Below are positions 27,760 to 42,404 of a stretch of DNA of 64,000 nucleotides, one piece after another. Position numbers and translations under genes: made by a program. Location: NCBI GenBank assembly GCA_964016885.1, contig OZ024748.1, positions 15,314,001 to 15,378,000 of the forward strand. Direction: 5' to 3'. Position 1 is the first letter of the stretch. Each line of letters begins with the position of its first letter. This stretch comes from Eledone cirrhosa. Taxonomy: Eukaryota. The notes under the pieces are model-generated. The model was not told where the DNA came from and ran no database searches. It was given only the letters and a program-made list of their open reading frames with translations.

Positions 27760-28738
27760 AAACTCTTATGCAAGCCCAAAACAGAAGGAAGATGGTAGAA
27801 TGGTTAGCATGGACCTATGGTATTGAGGGAGGGTGCTAGGAAAAGTATCTAGCTGTAAAACCCATGTCAAAAATTGGAATGTACACTTGAGACATGGTCC
27901 TCTGAAAAAGAACTGACTTAGATCATAAGAACACATCCAACCTATTTCGGTACAGAAAACAGATGCAAAATGTAATGGCGTGTGTGTGTGTATTATAAAT
28001 ATAGATAAAAATAAAATTATTTCAATCATATTACACCATAAACAGCTCAATGCTTATACAGGCTAAAAACCATATTTTACAGAGCTTCCTTTATACAAAT
28101 AAAAAATTTAGCATAGTAAGCGAATAATATATTTAAAAGAAAAACATAATTTTACTTACAAATTGCTTTTATGTATATATATTAATGTGAGGAAACTGCA
28201 TGCCAGCAAAGTGGCTGATGAAGAAAAGATGCAGCTATCTTTTCGTCTAATCTGTGTGTATTTTTTGCTGATACTATATATACATTATTGTGGGTATTTG
28301 GTAAATTCAAGGCTCTAAAGTGGATGGATAGTAGATAGAAAGATAGATAGATAAAGACATAATAAATACACTGAACATAGAAGAAATTATGGTGGATTGT
28401 AGATTGATTTCTCATAATACCATTAATTCCTCTAAGTATTTAGTTTTACTTTCCAATTTAGTTTCTATGTTTTATGTCCCGAGATGTCTGCAATCCTGAA
28501 ACTGATATGATGTTATTCTCTGATAAACAAAAGAAAGTACCACTGATAGAAAAAAATACACTTTACAATATATATATGCATGCGCATATATGTACACATA
28601 TAACGTCTGTATGCATACACACACACACACATATACATTATCATCAACATTTAATGTATATATCATCATCTTACGTCTGCTTTTATATATATACACACAC
28701 ATATATACATTATCATAAAGATCTAATGTGTGTGTGTG

Positions 28739-28772
<34 letters not shown>

Positions 28773-29043
28773 AAGGGAAATATAGAGAGAGAGAGAAAGA
28801 GAGAGAGAATATTATTTCTAATCTTCTTCTAGACTTCAGATGAATTCCTAACAATTTTTATTTGTATTCTAAAATATTAAATAGAATGGTATTAATCGAT
28901 GCAATTCTACAAATATCTTTTATGGATTTCATAGAATTTTGCTCTCATTATAAATAGTCTTTTGTTTAATTAAATACTCCTACACGTTTATTTAGAAAAC
29001 AAAATGTGTGGAATTGATAGAATTAGTAGTTTAGTAATATTAA

Positions 29044-29665
29044 GACATGATTTAATGCTAGGGTGTTCAGCTCATGATCATAAGGTCTTTAGTTTGAATC
29101 CCAGCAGTGCATTGTGTCCTTGAGCAATAAATTTATTTCATATAGGTCCAGTCTCACCTGCTGGAAATAGTCATATCTGTAATTTAAAGAGTTGCTCCAG
29201 GTATAGCCACTGCTACTTTGAATTGAGATAACACAGCTCCAATATTATGGGCATGTGGTTAAAATATTTCAGGAAAGAATTGCTGGACAGATTTTATAGG
29301 CAAAACCAACAGGTAAGAGACCCCAGGGGTAGATGCTGAGCAAGATGGTTGGATAACGTCCTTCACCTTGGCTGGTCTTGTTTGGGGATCCAGCCAGATC
29401 AATTAGCGATGTTGCAGGAATGTTTGAGAACACCCCTCCCCCCTCCTCGCTGACTCTCCTAGGAATAAGTGGTTGAAGAAGAAGAAAAAGAAGCTTTGTT
29501 ACACATGCACTTGTGTCAAGCTGAATCACTCTGAGGAGTATGTTAAGGATATATGTGTCTGTGGAATGCTCAGTCACTTGTGTGTTAATTTCACTAGCTG
29601 CTAGCTCCATTGATCAAATAACTGGAACACTTGTCAATGGAACTGACAAAGGTTCAACAATAACA
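29044..29665 (+). mobile_element. CORE-like tRNA SINE split by an RTE fragment
   Basis: Head plus gtgtccttgagcaa; tail tgttaagg...gtgtctgtggaatgctcagtcacttg also seen near 44900 and 46800. Confidence 0.7.
29200..29493 (+). mobile_element. RTE-like LINE 3' end with (GAA)n tail
   Basis: IEITQLQYYGHVVKIFQERIAGQIL*AKPTGKRPQGR..RWLDNV. Confidence 0.8.
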
Positions 29666-29977
29666 GTTTAGTAGTTTATTTACCATAATAGGTTGAGATC
29701 TGGACTAGATCCAAACTTCAGAGCATTTCACTGTTCTGATTTTTCATTGCCATTTATCCTTTGGGGATCGATGGAATAATACCATCAATAAATTGAGTTA
29801 ATTTGATTATAAATCTCGTTAAGATCATGGCAGTTGAATATTTCAGACTTTATTGGTATCTAATATGTCATTAAATTTTAGATTCCTTTCATACTAACAC
29901 AACTAATTAATTGGCTATCTTTGAAGAATTCTGAATATTATTCTTTTCCCATTCTGAAATACCACAATCAATAGTCT

Positions 29978-30589
29978 TTAACCCATTTTATTCCAAAGTA
30001 CCTGGCACTAAAATCTGTTTATTTTACTATGCTTATATTAATCCTAAAATATTCCATTATGCTTTTATTTAAGGACATTTGTTAAGTTACCTTCCAAACA
30101 TCAGCTAAATAATGAGAAAGTCAACTATATTACAAATTCCTTCAAACTTCCTTATACTTTTCAATTAAAGGTACTGCTTTTCATTAGGAATATGGTAAAA
30201 AAAGGGTTTTACTGTTTATATTTATCTAAAAACTTTTTATCACAATTTTATGTAAAAACCTTTGTTAAGTTATGTTCCAAACTGCTAAATAGCACGAATG
30301 TAAGCTATACTACAAAGTCCTTCAAACTTACTGATAATATTCAGAATGATTTGACAATTAAAGGTAGTGTCTTTCATTAGAAATATGGTAAATAAAAATG
30401 TTCAGTTTTTATATTTATCTGAAAACAATTTATCATAATTTCATGTAAAGACCTTTGTTAAGTTCCAAACAACATAATAGGGAAGTTAGTTATATTATTA
30501 AATCCCTTGAAATTTGTCATATATTTTTAGAATACTTTGAAAATTATAAGTAGTTACTTTCATTAGAAATATGATAATCAAAGGTTTAA
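29978..30589. mobile_element. piggyBac-like MITE with ~3 tandem internal ~190-bp units
   Basis: Starts ttaaccca; tttcattag.aatatg.taa motif at ~30180, ~30372 and ~30558. Confidence 0.7.
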
Positions 30590-30850
30590 ATAATTAAGAA
30601 TTACCTGCTGAGATTTTATTACAAACAATATTAGACTTTAAACATTTCTATTTGATATAGAAAAGAATAATAGAGAGGATTCCTCACACACAATTCCCAA
30701 CTGACAGGATTCAAACCTCATATCTATTATCTATCCAGCTACTTCAGTTAAAATTACAGAAAGAGTTTATCATAATAAATTTAAAAGGAGGAAGGAATAG
30801 TAGGCACTCTGTATTGTAACAACTAAAATGACTGATAAGTGAGTGAACCA

Positions 30851-30920
<70 letters not shown>

Positions 30921-31303
30921 TGTGTGTGTATCATCATCACTGGCAATGTTTAATGTATATTTCCTATGCTTGCATGAGTTAGACGTTTTGTTGTGCAGAT
31001 GATAGACTGGTCAGATGAGAATGTCTTGCTTATATGCTGTTTTTGGCTTGATTTCTATAGCTGGATATGCTCCCTAAGGCTAACCTATTTACAGGGATAT
31101 TTTATCCTGACTGTAGCACAACCACTTTACAGAGTAAACAAGGTGCTTTTTTCATCATGTTCCTAGTACTACCACTTTTATTTTATAATTGCACCAGCAT
31201 TACCCATTTATAGAGTGAGCTGTGTGCATTTCATCATGGTGCCACCATGACATTGCCACCAGCACTAATATACTTATGTTTTTCTATATATGAATAGAAA
31301 CTA

Positions 31304-31455
31304 GAGTAGAGGAGAGCTGAAGAAAAGTTGGGTAGTATTGGTGATGGCTGATCTGAAAACACTGAACCTTATATAGAACATGACAAAGGAACACAACGAG
31401 TGGGGGGAAGCTGTGTTGGAGAAGACTTGCCAAAGCATGGAAAAAGATGATGATC
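31304..31455 (+). mobile_element. RTE LINE 3' end remnant
   Basis: ADLKTLNL...MTKEHNEW..AVLEKT followed by gcatggaaaaagatgatgat. Confidence 0.7.
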
Positions 31456-31670
31456 ATATATATATATATATTGTATAATGTACATAGACATTTATCTAGA
31501 GAACTATAGTATTTATGTTTTAGGAGAGAAACAAACTATTTATATTATAAATATTTGTTTCTTGCATGATAATACTAATTCAAATCTTAGGCCAGAATTT
31601 TTATTAATGTTCCACTGACAGTTTCTATTATATATATGTGTGTGTGTGTGTGTGTGAAAACATAAATAAA

Positions 31671-31725
<55 letters not shown>

Positions 31726-31727
31726 TA

Positions 31728-31762
<35 letters not shown>

Positions 31763-34700
31763 TATATGAATTTTTAAAATCGTTTCTTCACTTTCTCTAT
31801 ATTTTGCAATGTTACATTAAAGTGATATATCTTGATGTCAAATGTAAAAATGCAACTCTGATACAAACATTGTTTATATTTTTAGTTTGTTCTCTTTTCA
31901 ATCTAATTTTATTACACACATTTTACACAGTAGCTTTAAACTATGTGAGTTAACATTTCAATTCACTAAAATATATAAGGCACAATCTATATCAAACAGT
32001 TTGTTTTTTACACATAGCTATATAATATATGTATATATATAACAAATGTAGTTTGTTTTAGACACACACCTATACTATATATATATATATATATTATATA
32101 TATAACAAATGGTGTTTGTTTTATTGGTAAAAGAAAAATATATTATTTTCACTTAATAATTGATGAAAAAAACATTTAAAAACTAAACAAAAAATTGTTT
32201 ATTAAATTCGTTAAACTAAATGAATGAAAATAACTACATTTAGTACAGGGTTAAACACGAATGAGGAAAATGGTGTTTTTTTCCTTCAATTTTTCCTGTT
32301 CAAGTGTTAATGTGCTGCAGTAAGAATAACAATAATAATAATAATAGTAATATCTGAGAAATAAACAAAAAATTCTGCAAATGATCGCAGTTTATGCAAT
32401 AAGTTTTTCAACAAGACTTGTGAAAGAACAGCCTATTCCTTTTAGAAGATGTATTTTAAGAACTTAATTACTTTATTTTTTGTCTTTATTTAGATTAAAT
32501 TTGCTAGTTAGAGCTTTTTATTCTCCTTTACTTTGCTGAGAATTCAAAAAAGATAGCATATGAAAGTAATTAGCTGTGTTCAGAAGTTAAAAACTACCAA
32601 ACAAAACATAACACGCACAAAAAAAACAACAAAAATTTATAAAAATCAATGTAATGTATGTCAGTCTTTTCCTGACTAGAAATGAATTAAAATGAGCAGT
32701 GGTAACTGTCTTGATCAATTCCAGTTTGATGTACAATTTCAGCAGTTTCAACTATCAACTATAAATTTGTTAAGTGGAGCTGAAATGCTTTAAACAATCT
32801 CTTGTTGGCTTAGTGATTCAAATGTCTAATTATTTCCTAATGTTTGTTATATTTGTTTATTTTTTGTATTTTTTTCTAACTGTCCGCAAATATAGCATTT
32901 CTTAAAGATGATAAGAAACGGACAAGATCCCAGAGCTCATTCAGTTACCAAGCGGAGTAGAACTCAATAAATTGGACCAAGAAAACAATGTTTTCATTGG
33001 TCTATTCATTGCTGATGTTATCAACCAGTCACAATTCCTTGCAGAAGAAGCAACATGAAATAAAGTGTTTTGCTGAAGGACACAACACATTGCCTGCTCT
33101 GCAAATGCAACCTCAATTGCAAATTCAATTATGTAATCACTAGGCTACACTCCTTCATGATAAACTTCTTAAATAAGGAGTCATGAACAGGTAGGCAATG
33201 GCTTTTAAGTGGGACATCGGCATATCATTTGTGGGCCTTACACCGTTTATTCAAATTTTTGTTTGTTAGATATGATACATGTGGGCCATGAGCAAAAGGA
33301 AAAATACTCAGGTGGGACGTAGTTTACAAGTGCTCCATTGAGATGATCTCTGTTGTCTCCCAACCTTTAAAAATGTTTTTATATTAAAAAAACCCCATCA
33401 AAGTGGTCCATTACAAAAAGACGTTGGTGACCTCTGCTTTAACCTATTCATTAACATATTTCAGAGAATGGCCAGCAACAGATGCTGCAACAGCCACTCC
33501 ACAGGAATAAAACTAAACCCAGAACCACATTGATGCAAAGTGAGCTCCTTAACCATTCAGCCATGCCCACACCTATATTCTACATCTTCAAGCATAAAGA
33601 TAAAAGAAGTATACCAAATACAAAAAAATCTACTCCTAAAGTATTCTCCCATTTCTAAAAGAAGAATCATTTGATTTTCAGTTTGTTTTTCTTGGAGCAG
33701 TTTGTGTTTAGCAAAAGCTGACATGTTCTTCAATAATCTATTGAGATAAATGTCTAACTTGGTTATTACTTTTACATTCTCTCATTTAAATACTCATCCT
33801 TTCCTGTTAAACAAATGGGTGGCTGTATATGTGTGTATATATATATGTGTGTGTGTGCATTTGTGTGTGTGTATGTGATATATTTATATGAGTGTGTGTA
33901 TATATATATATGTGTGCATGTGTGTATATATATATAGAGAGAGAGAGTGAGAGAGAGAGAGAGATGTATATATATATATAGACATACATATATACACATA
34001 CATACATACTTACATACACACACATATACACACACACACATTCAGACACATAAGCCAAACAGCACTTGAGATAAACACTCCATCTGTTCCTTAGTAACTG
34101 AGTATGTAGACTGAGATACAATTGTAGAATTAAAACAATATTCAAATAAAGAAACCTCAAGCTGTGAATAACTTGAAATTTAATTGCAATTAAAATTTGT
34201 TGCAATTTTTAAAGAACATATTGTCTAATAATAATTAAATCTTAATTAACAGTTAAATGAACAGAATAAACCATTATGGATAAAAGTTTAAAACCTCTTG
34301 GTCAAAATCTGGACTATAACCCCAGTATAAAGTGATTGGTGAAGGATTGTGGTTTCATGGGTATGGCTTTGTACTTAAAATCATAAAGGTCTTGGTTCAA
34401 TTTATTGACGGGACAGCACATTGTGTTCTTAAGCAAGACACTTTATTTCATACTATGATTGGAGTCCCTATCATGAAAATATCAAAGAAGCAGCCAATGA
34501 GATGCAGCATTATAGAAAATTAGCTAAACCTACACAGGTGTGAGTTGTAAATTTCTAATCTGTGCATATAGCTGGTTTAGAATAGAAACACCATATACAT
34601 GTATGACGTAAGAGTTTGTTACAAGGAAGGGTACCTACCTGGCTGTAAAATATTACCTCAAGAAAGACTCCATATACACACATACATGTATGTGTCTGTG

Positions 34701-36467
34701 TGTATATATATATATATATATATACATACATGTATGTATTTACATAAGTGTGTTGGGGTATGCATTTACGTATTACATAAACCATGCACACACATGCATA
34801 TATATATAAATTCCAAAATCAAAAGCAAGTTTTACTTTTTAATTTAGTTTTTATAGTTTTTTGGGTCAATACTTGAGTTGTTGATATCTAGCGCAAAAAA
34901 GTTCAGTGTCGGTTCTGGCACAAAATAAGTTGTGTTTTAAATTTAAGCAATAAACAGTTATCTTGTGGTGAGCACACAGAGTAAACATTTATAGATGCCT
35001 CAGATAGATGGTGTCTGTTGTGTATTTAAATGGAATGAGGAAGAAGAAGAAAAATAGAGTAAAATTTACTTGAAAGAACTTTAAGTAATTTTAGTATTGG
35101 TAAAAATGTTGAGTTTAAACAAAAGTGGTAAAAAAATATAACAAAGAATCCATTATACTTCAAAACCTCACATTGTTTGAAGATATGGGTGGTAACAATT
35201 TGATTTAAGACCTCTCCATATTGCTGATGCTCTTCTGTGCTGCAAGTATGTGGATTAAACTGCTTTGAACTCCACCGCTTCTTACTGCACACACATGCAC
35301 ACACAAATATATATGTACTTTAAGCTCTAGGTTCCTTTTACAGCATATGGAAGGCATGGTTGTATGGAGAAGAGGCTTTTGCTTCACAACCACATTGCTT
35401 CCATTTCAGTTCCATTGCTTGGTATCTTGGCTAAATGTTTCTACTAAAACATTAGGTTAATATTCTTTGAAAACTACAAAATAGCCCAAAGACTTCAGCA
35501 CATTAAAAATCTAAATCATTCCTCTGACACTGCAAATGTTCACTACAACTTGCTTACTAGTAAATATACTATAAACATTTGAATTGACAAACCTGTTAAA
35601 TCATTAGAGGATGTTAAGTGTTACATGATGGTGCTTTACAGTTGTTAAAATATTTTATTAGCTATAATGTATCTATAAGTATATTATTCACAACAGTAAA
35701 GATCATCATCATCATCATCATTTTAATGTCTGCTTTTCTTGTTAGCAAGGGTTGGACGGGTCTACATATCTCCCAGACAGGCAAGGTATCTGCATCTCAG
35801 TCTTCATTGCTCCACAGTCCCACCACAGTACTCTAAAAAGTTTTATGACCTGACTCCCCTCAATATAAAATTTAGAAAAAAAATAAATGCCTCCCTAAAA
35901 TATCTGGATTGATTCCATGTTCAAATTTTTTGTGGTAGAGTATATTTTTGTTTCAAAAAAAGATTTGGGTGCTTTGCTATTTCTAGCAATGTTGAGTGAC
36001 CACAGAGTGGATCCACTGTTTGGCTCCTACGTTCTGTTACTGTTTGCATGCGTTGTTGTGAAATAGTAAGTTTTGTTTTCCTATCAAATGGAATCTGTAG
36101 CATCCAAACATTGTGTCTAGAAAAGATAAAGCTTGCTTTAATTAATGGTATTTTAGCTTCTTTGTTGTTGTTGCTTGTTTTTTTTTTATATTTCTTTCCT
36201 CCTCCTCACTCCTCCATAGTGAAAGAGAAGAACAGACCACCACCACCACCAGTTTATGAGATTCAGAAAGTGATAGTTACACATTAAAGCTTGTGTGAAT
36301 GTTTATTCTTGAAACTATTGACCAGCAAAGCTATATTTTATATTTTACATTAATCTTTTTCAAAAATTAAACAAATATATCAATTTGCTTAAAGTAAACT
36401 ACAAGAGTGTGAAAACAGTATAAAAATATACAATTGTGTACACAATATAAAATTACATTCATTAATT

Positions 36468-36508
<41 letters not shown>

Positions 36509-36574
36509 TACACACACATATACCTATGTATATTTATATATATATAATTACGTTCATTAATTTAATATACATAC

Positions 36575-36614
<40 letters not shown>

Positions 36615-36746
36615 GCTGAAAAAATAGCATTGATATGATTTATTGAAGACAATTTTCTATTCTAAAGTCAGTATTTCTCTATTTCAAAACGTGTGTATTT
36701 CTACTCTGAGAATTGTATAGTGTTACTAAAATAACACACCACTAAA

Positions 36747-36962
36747 TCTATATAATCAGTTCAGAAGTTTGTCTGTTTATCTTGAGACAATGTCGCCATT
36801 TCTCAGTGAATTGTTGCAAAATTTGGCACAGAAATCCAGATTCATCATACATGAACAGAAAACATACTGACTCCATGAAGTAAACATGGTGGAAAGGGGA
36901 TTCCTTATAGGGGATCGAGAAATTCTGTAATTTCTAACAGAACATGGGTGTCATGTAACTAA
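36747..36962 (+). mobile_element. Possible non-autonomous Helitron
   Basis: A|TCTATATAAT start, gtttgtctg tract, aaatttggcaca motif; only a decayed CTRR-like end. Confidence 0.35.
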
Positions 36963-37253
36963 ATAGAACTTGTTAATAATAAAATATAATAAAATACAAG
37001 GCTGACTAAACTACATCTGTATTAAAGGTAATTTTCAACCACTTCACAATGAAAACCCTTTAAGACAATAACTTTGATCTGAAGGAAGAGTGACTAAGAT
37101 CATGGAATGAATCCAAATTTGCCAAACAAGACCTTATCCAGTACCCCACATCTAAACCAGCTGGTTTTTACATTCCTAGACATATATAAATAAATCTTAA
37201 TTTTTAAGGGAAGTATCTATTCTATATAGTTAGTGCGACACAAATAAATGATG

Positions 37254-37505
37254 TTAACCCTTTCAATACCACTTAAAACCACCCCTGATACTACAATACT
37301 AATCTGCTTATTTTAAAGTGTTTATATTTATCTAAGAGCCTTTAATTACAGCTTTATATAAGAACATTTGTAAAGTTATATTCCAAACACCAGTTTGATA
37401 ATGAGAAAATGTGTTTTATTACTAAATCCTTTCTTGATTACTTTCAAAGTTATTTGAAAAATTATAGGCAGCTTTTCATTAGAAATAGAGTAACCAAAGG
37501 ATTAA
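37254..37505. mobile_element. piggyBac-like MITE, best-preserved copy of the abundant family
   Basis: ttaacccttt ... aaaggattaa; further partial copies near 1128, 2980, 23255, 25930, 37740, 51667 and 57620. Confidence 0.75.
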
Positions 37506-38039
37506 AACAAACATTTTACAGTTTCATTTAAACATCATAAAATGCTTAAATACAAGTGCTTGGCAGTTCCAAGGTTGAAAGATTTTAGATATTCTCTGTA
37601 TTAGAAGTTTGTATCAATCAGTGTCATTTAGACAATAGAATTATTTTGAAACTATTTCTAATAAAACACACCATATTTCGATTAATTAATGAAGATGTTT
37701 CAATTGTTTTACTAAAATTATAAAATATTTCATAATTCAGACAGTAGCATAATGTATGACTCTCATATAATTATATTTGAAGGTTTTAATTCAAATAGGA
37801 ATCCTTTAGAATGGGTGGTATTTTTTCATAGAAATCGAGCCAGTTCTGGCTCAGTTAGTATCAAAAGGGTAGACATTACTTGGTTTGAAAAGAAAAAATA
37901 TATATGTAATTTGAAATAAAACTGAAATGATCAGAATTTCTGTCAAGATGATGAGACACGACAATATTGATTTCTTTCTTAGTTCAACAGTTTATAGATT
38001 TAGCTTCGGGAAAATAAAAAAATAAAGGAAATTCAAAAG

Positions 38040-39090
38040 TGAGAAGATTTAAAAGATCTCGTTATCTCATTTTGATATATTGATGATTTAAAATTCAAAT
38101 ATCTCTTTCAAAGGTATTGATGATAAGCAAAATAGTGAAAGAGAAAAAAAAAATGCAAAATAAAAGACTCAATGAATGAAAAAAAAAAAAGGACAATACC
38201 TACTTAAAGATATGATAATAAAGAGAAAAACAACAAAAGTAACATTATGTAGACGTGAAAGAAATTGAATATTAAAAAATATAGAACTACTAGATTGTGG
38301 AGATAAAGACAAAACTATACATGACTATATAGTTAGAGGGATAGGAGAACTGAAGAAATTATAAAATTATAGGGAAAGCTTAGGCTCTCTTCCTTTATTT
38401 TTCTATTATGGGTTTGTGTGGCTAAGGGAATATATGAAAGTGGAACACATAAGATGAAGCAATATATGGTAGCAAAACATGAAATTTAAACCAGCTGTGG
38501 GTTTGTACTACCACTATTTATACATGGGAGTGAAATATGATTGCTGTTGCTAACAGTAATACATGGGAGTGGGACATGGTTTGTATAGCGACCAGGTATA
38601 TCTAGGAGAGGAAGAAGGTGTATGTTGTCAACATATATAGATAGGAGAGGAATAAAGTTCGTGTTGCCAAGTTTTACACAAGGGTGGAACAGGGAAGGTT
38701 AACCTGAGCAGTAAAGAGAAAACAAGAACAATGTGATATGACAAGGAAAAAAGAATGTTATCACATCAAAAGTTTGAATTAGGTGTGAAGAGATAAGAAG
38801 AAAAACAGGAGTTAGAGATATACGTTAGAAAATAGCCAAATCAAACTTGAGGTGGGCAAGTTATTTAGCTAGGTTGGTGGAAAGACATTTAGCTAGAAGA
38901 TAGGATGGAAAGAACCAGAGTAGGTTTCACGAGAGAGATGCAGAAGGAAAGAGAGATAAAAAATACGATGGAGAGATGATATCGAAGAATATATGAAGGG
39001 CTTGAAGGGAGGTACAAGACCAGTTTGTGCAAGAATGGCAAAGGACAGAAAGGAATGAAAGGGAGTTGAAGAAGGATTGGACTACTATCC
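38040..39090 (+). mobile_element. Highly decayed RTE LINE
   Basis: FVLPLFIHGSE, IRRKTGVRDI..IAKSNLRWASYLAR, IRWRDDIEE, RMAKDRKE. Confidence 0.7.
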
Positions 39091-39424
39091 TAAAGTGTAT
39101 AACAACTCAAGAGATAGTCAGTGGAAATATAAATATACGAAAAAGAACTTCACAATTCACACCTATAGAGCCCCACTTCTATCAGGAAAAGCCATATGAA
39201 ATGAAGCATCTTGCTCAAGAACATAATACACAGCTTGATTCAGGAATCAAACCCATGACCTCATGATCAGGTGTCTAACGCCCTAACCTCAAGACCATAT
39301 GTTTTCATACACCAGACACACATGAGAGAGAGAGAGAGAGAGGGGAGACAGAGAGCTGTATGGATTCAAAAATATTCCTACCTGAAAATATGTCACACAT
39401 TGTATATATATATATATACAATGT

Positions 39425-39470
39425 GTGAAACAATTGTTCTCAGTATGGTGAACTAACTGTTGTGTTACCA

Positions 39471-39526
<56 letters not shown>

Positions 39527-39572
39527 TGGTAACACAACAGTTAGTTCACCATACCGAGAACAATTGTTTCAC
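39425..39572. repeat. ~148-bp palindrome: ~50-bp arms around a (TA)n spacer
   Basis: gtgaaacaattgttctcagtatggtgaactaactgttgtgttaccactta and its reverse complement with one mismatch. Confidence 0.95.
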
Positions 39573-39592
39573 CTTAGCGGATCCTCAGCTCG
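39555..39592 (-). ncRNA. Minimal type I hammerhead ribozyme motif
   Basis: Minus strand CGAG-CTGAGGA-T-CC(GCTAA)GG-T-GAAA-CAATTG-TT-CTCG: stem I, core, stem II, palindromic stem III, GUU triplet. Confidence 0.7.
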
Positions 39593-40717
39593 TAATGGTC
39601 ATGGTTATACGGAATTGGAAGAACAACCGTATATATATATAGATATATATATATACATATATATATATAATCTTAAGCAGTTTCAGCAATGCTAATATAA
39701 GCTATAAAGCATTATATCAGATGAAGTGAGAAAGTCACAGATGACCCATGACCACAGCAATAGGGTTCCATTCAGACAAGCAGAAGTGTGAGGCCAGTCA
39801 GTAGTAGTATTCTGACCTCAAAACTGTGTTACATTCACAGCCAAGATATTGAACTCACATCAGCTCAATCCACTAAGTAGGTAACACAGGGTTAAATAAT
39901 TCACCAGTACAAGCTACAAAAGCGGCAACAGCAGAATCAGCACAATAACATTGACAAGTGTTTAACAATATACGATTTATAGTCTCCTTTAGACTTGGGC
40001 AACATACAATAATCTTTTTCTTTTCTTTTTTCATGATACAAAAATGTCATAATTTTTGCATTTTCCTATTTGGCTTGTTTTTAATTTAATTTTTACCCTA
40101 AAATTATCTTTTCATTCCTATTGTATATCTTAATGGCATAGAGAATAGCAAGGTCTGATAGATATTCTTATAATGTCAGCTTTACAGATCTTATCACACA
40201 CATTTATTCTACAGATCTTCATCTCTTTTCTCACAATTTTTGGATATTTTCCTCTTGAATGTCATTCAATATATCACTTCTGACCTATGTATTATTTCCC
40301 CCAACCCCACTCACATTCCTTTTTTTTTTTTGCATGAAAAAAATATAATGCTTTCCTTAAAAATTAATGTAATGTTGACCAGATTCTCTCCTCTTTCCAT
40401 TCTCACTATTCCACCACCAATAACAACAATACTACCACCACTACAACTATCACCACTATTACCATCACTATCACACATGCCTTGTGGCCCCCCCCCCCTC
40501 TGTATTAAAATTGTGATGGCCTAGTGCCAGCAAAGACTTAACTGAGATGCAATTTTCATTGATTTGAGAATGGCGACTACATTTTGTAAAAACCCACTTG
40601 CAGAATAAATTGCATAGTTATCAATAAAGTCAAATAAAATTCTAATAGAAACAGTCAAATACAAAATACCCTGTAGGAAGCCATAAAAACGATTTTATAT
40701 ATTTTCTCTATAGAATA

Positions 40718-40765
<48 letters not shown>

Positions 40766-41407
40766 ACACATATATATATATAATATATATATCTGTGTGT
40801 ACTGTTTTTCCCATTCTTACAATAGAATTATATGTAAAGTATTTGGTAAATTTGTGTACTTACATATTACTAGCAAACATACTAAATGGATATATGCCTG
40901 TATTTATTTATTTATATTTACCCCAATGGTGAAAATAAACATTTTGCCTTTCATTTATATATGCATGAAAACCAAAATAATAAAAATATATAAATAAAAA
41001 GAAATGAAATAAAATATGTAATTGCCAATGTATTGAACCTGACTTGCCTAATCATATAGACACAATAATGCTGAACCATTTAGGTTTTATAATCTGTTAT
41101 TTGAAGTGGGGAGAGAGATTTGAATTATACGCATGTTATGTAATGTAACAATAAATATTCACAATCGTTTGAAAATCAGAAATAAATTTTACAATTCCTT
41201 ATCAATGAGAAGCAATTCAGTTTCTCTAAATTTGTGTTTCTCAGCATTTCACTGGTTTATCTGATAAAACCATACTCACTTCCTTCTGTATTTATGTTTG
41301 AACAAAGCTTTGTAATTAAAAACCTACATTGATGATTTGTATAGTTAAGACTGATTGGAATATTAACTTAATATTTTCTGTTATTTTTCTTATCCAAACA
41401 TATGTAT

Positions 41408-41662
41408 GTGCGTTGGACTTATAATCATAATGTTGTGGGTTCAATTCCTGAGTAGGGTTGTGTGTAGTGTTCTTCAACAAACACTTCACTTCATGTTGCT
41501 TCAGTACATCCAGCTGAAAATGACCACAGCAATACCTGGGGGTTGAACTCTGCATTAGACTGGTGTCCTATCCTGGAAGTAGTCTTGTACTTCCAGTCAC
41601 TTAATTCCACGAAAACCAGAATAAGTACTGATCTGAGAAGCCTTCAGGCTTGAGACAGAGTT
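41408..41662 (+). mobile_element. CORE-like SINE, family D
   Basis: gggttcaattcc B-box, CORE-like segment, same tail as 14765-15005. Confidence 0.65.
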
Positions 41663-41769
41663 CATGTGTGTGTGTTATGTCTCCACCAATTCCGAGGATG
41701 AGCGTTTTTGGTTGTCTTGACAAAACAGCCTGCTTCTAAAATTCATATACAAGTGGCTTGAAAATGATA

Positions 41770-42125
41770 TGCATGGAAGAAGTTCTGCATGTTGTGCTAA
41801 TGAGGAGGCAGGTATTGCTGAATCTGAAGGGAAGGGTATATGTTGTATGTGTGAGAAGGGAATAAGTCATAGGTGATAAGTATCTTGCAGAAGATAATGA
41901 GAATAGAACCAGTGATGAAAGACGTGAAGGGAAATGGAATTAAATAGTTGGGCTATGTATTGAGGAAGGATGAAAATGACTGGGTGAGAGGAGTGATGGA
42001 AAGGTGTGTGGAAGAAAGTTTAAAAAATGGAAGACCAAGAAAGACAGAGAAGGAAATGAAAGACAAGAGGTTGGAATTCAGAATATAAGGAAAAATGGAG
42101 AAGCTTGTCATGGGGCCTGCTTTAA
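41770..42125 (+). mobile_element. Decayed RTE LINE C-terminus
   Basis: LKGRVYVVCVR, LGYVLRKDENDWVR, GRPRKT. Confidence 0.65.
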
Positions 42126-42212
42126 CAAGGTAGATGACCTTAAAATACTTGTTATTGTGTATGTAAGCATATATATGTATATATATATAGATAGATAGAT
42201 ATATGCATAGAT

Positions 42213-42404
42213 ATCGAGTTAAATCAGGGGTAACCACGGCAAATAAGATACTCAATACAATAGTAGAGTGAAAACATAAATATTTAATATAGAAATGGCT
42301 TCTACAGGACTAGAAATGTTTCATTCATAAGAAATCATCATTCTTGATGATTGCTTATGAATGAAAGTTCTTGTCCTGTAGAAGCCATTTCTATATTAAA
42401 TATT
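42213..42404 (-). mobile_element. Fold-back hammerhead-family element, decayed copy of 48573-48760
   Basis: ~60-bp inverted arms at 42279-42404 plus a unique flank homologous to the reverse complement of 48687-48760. Confidence 0.85.
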
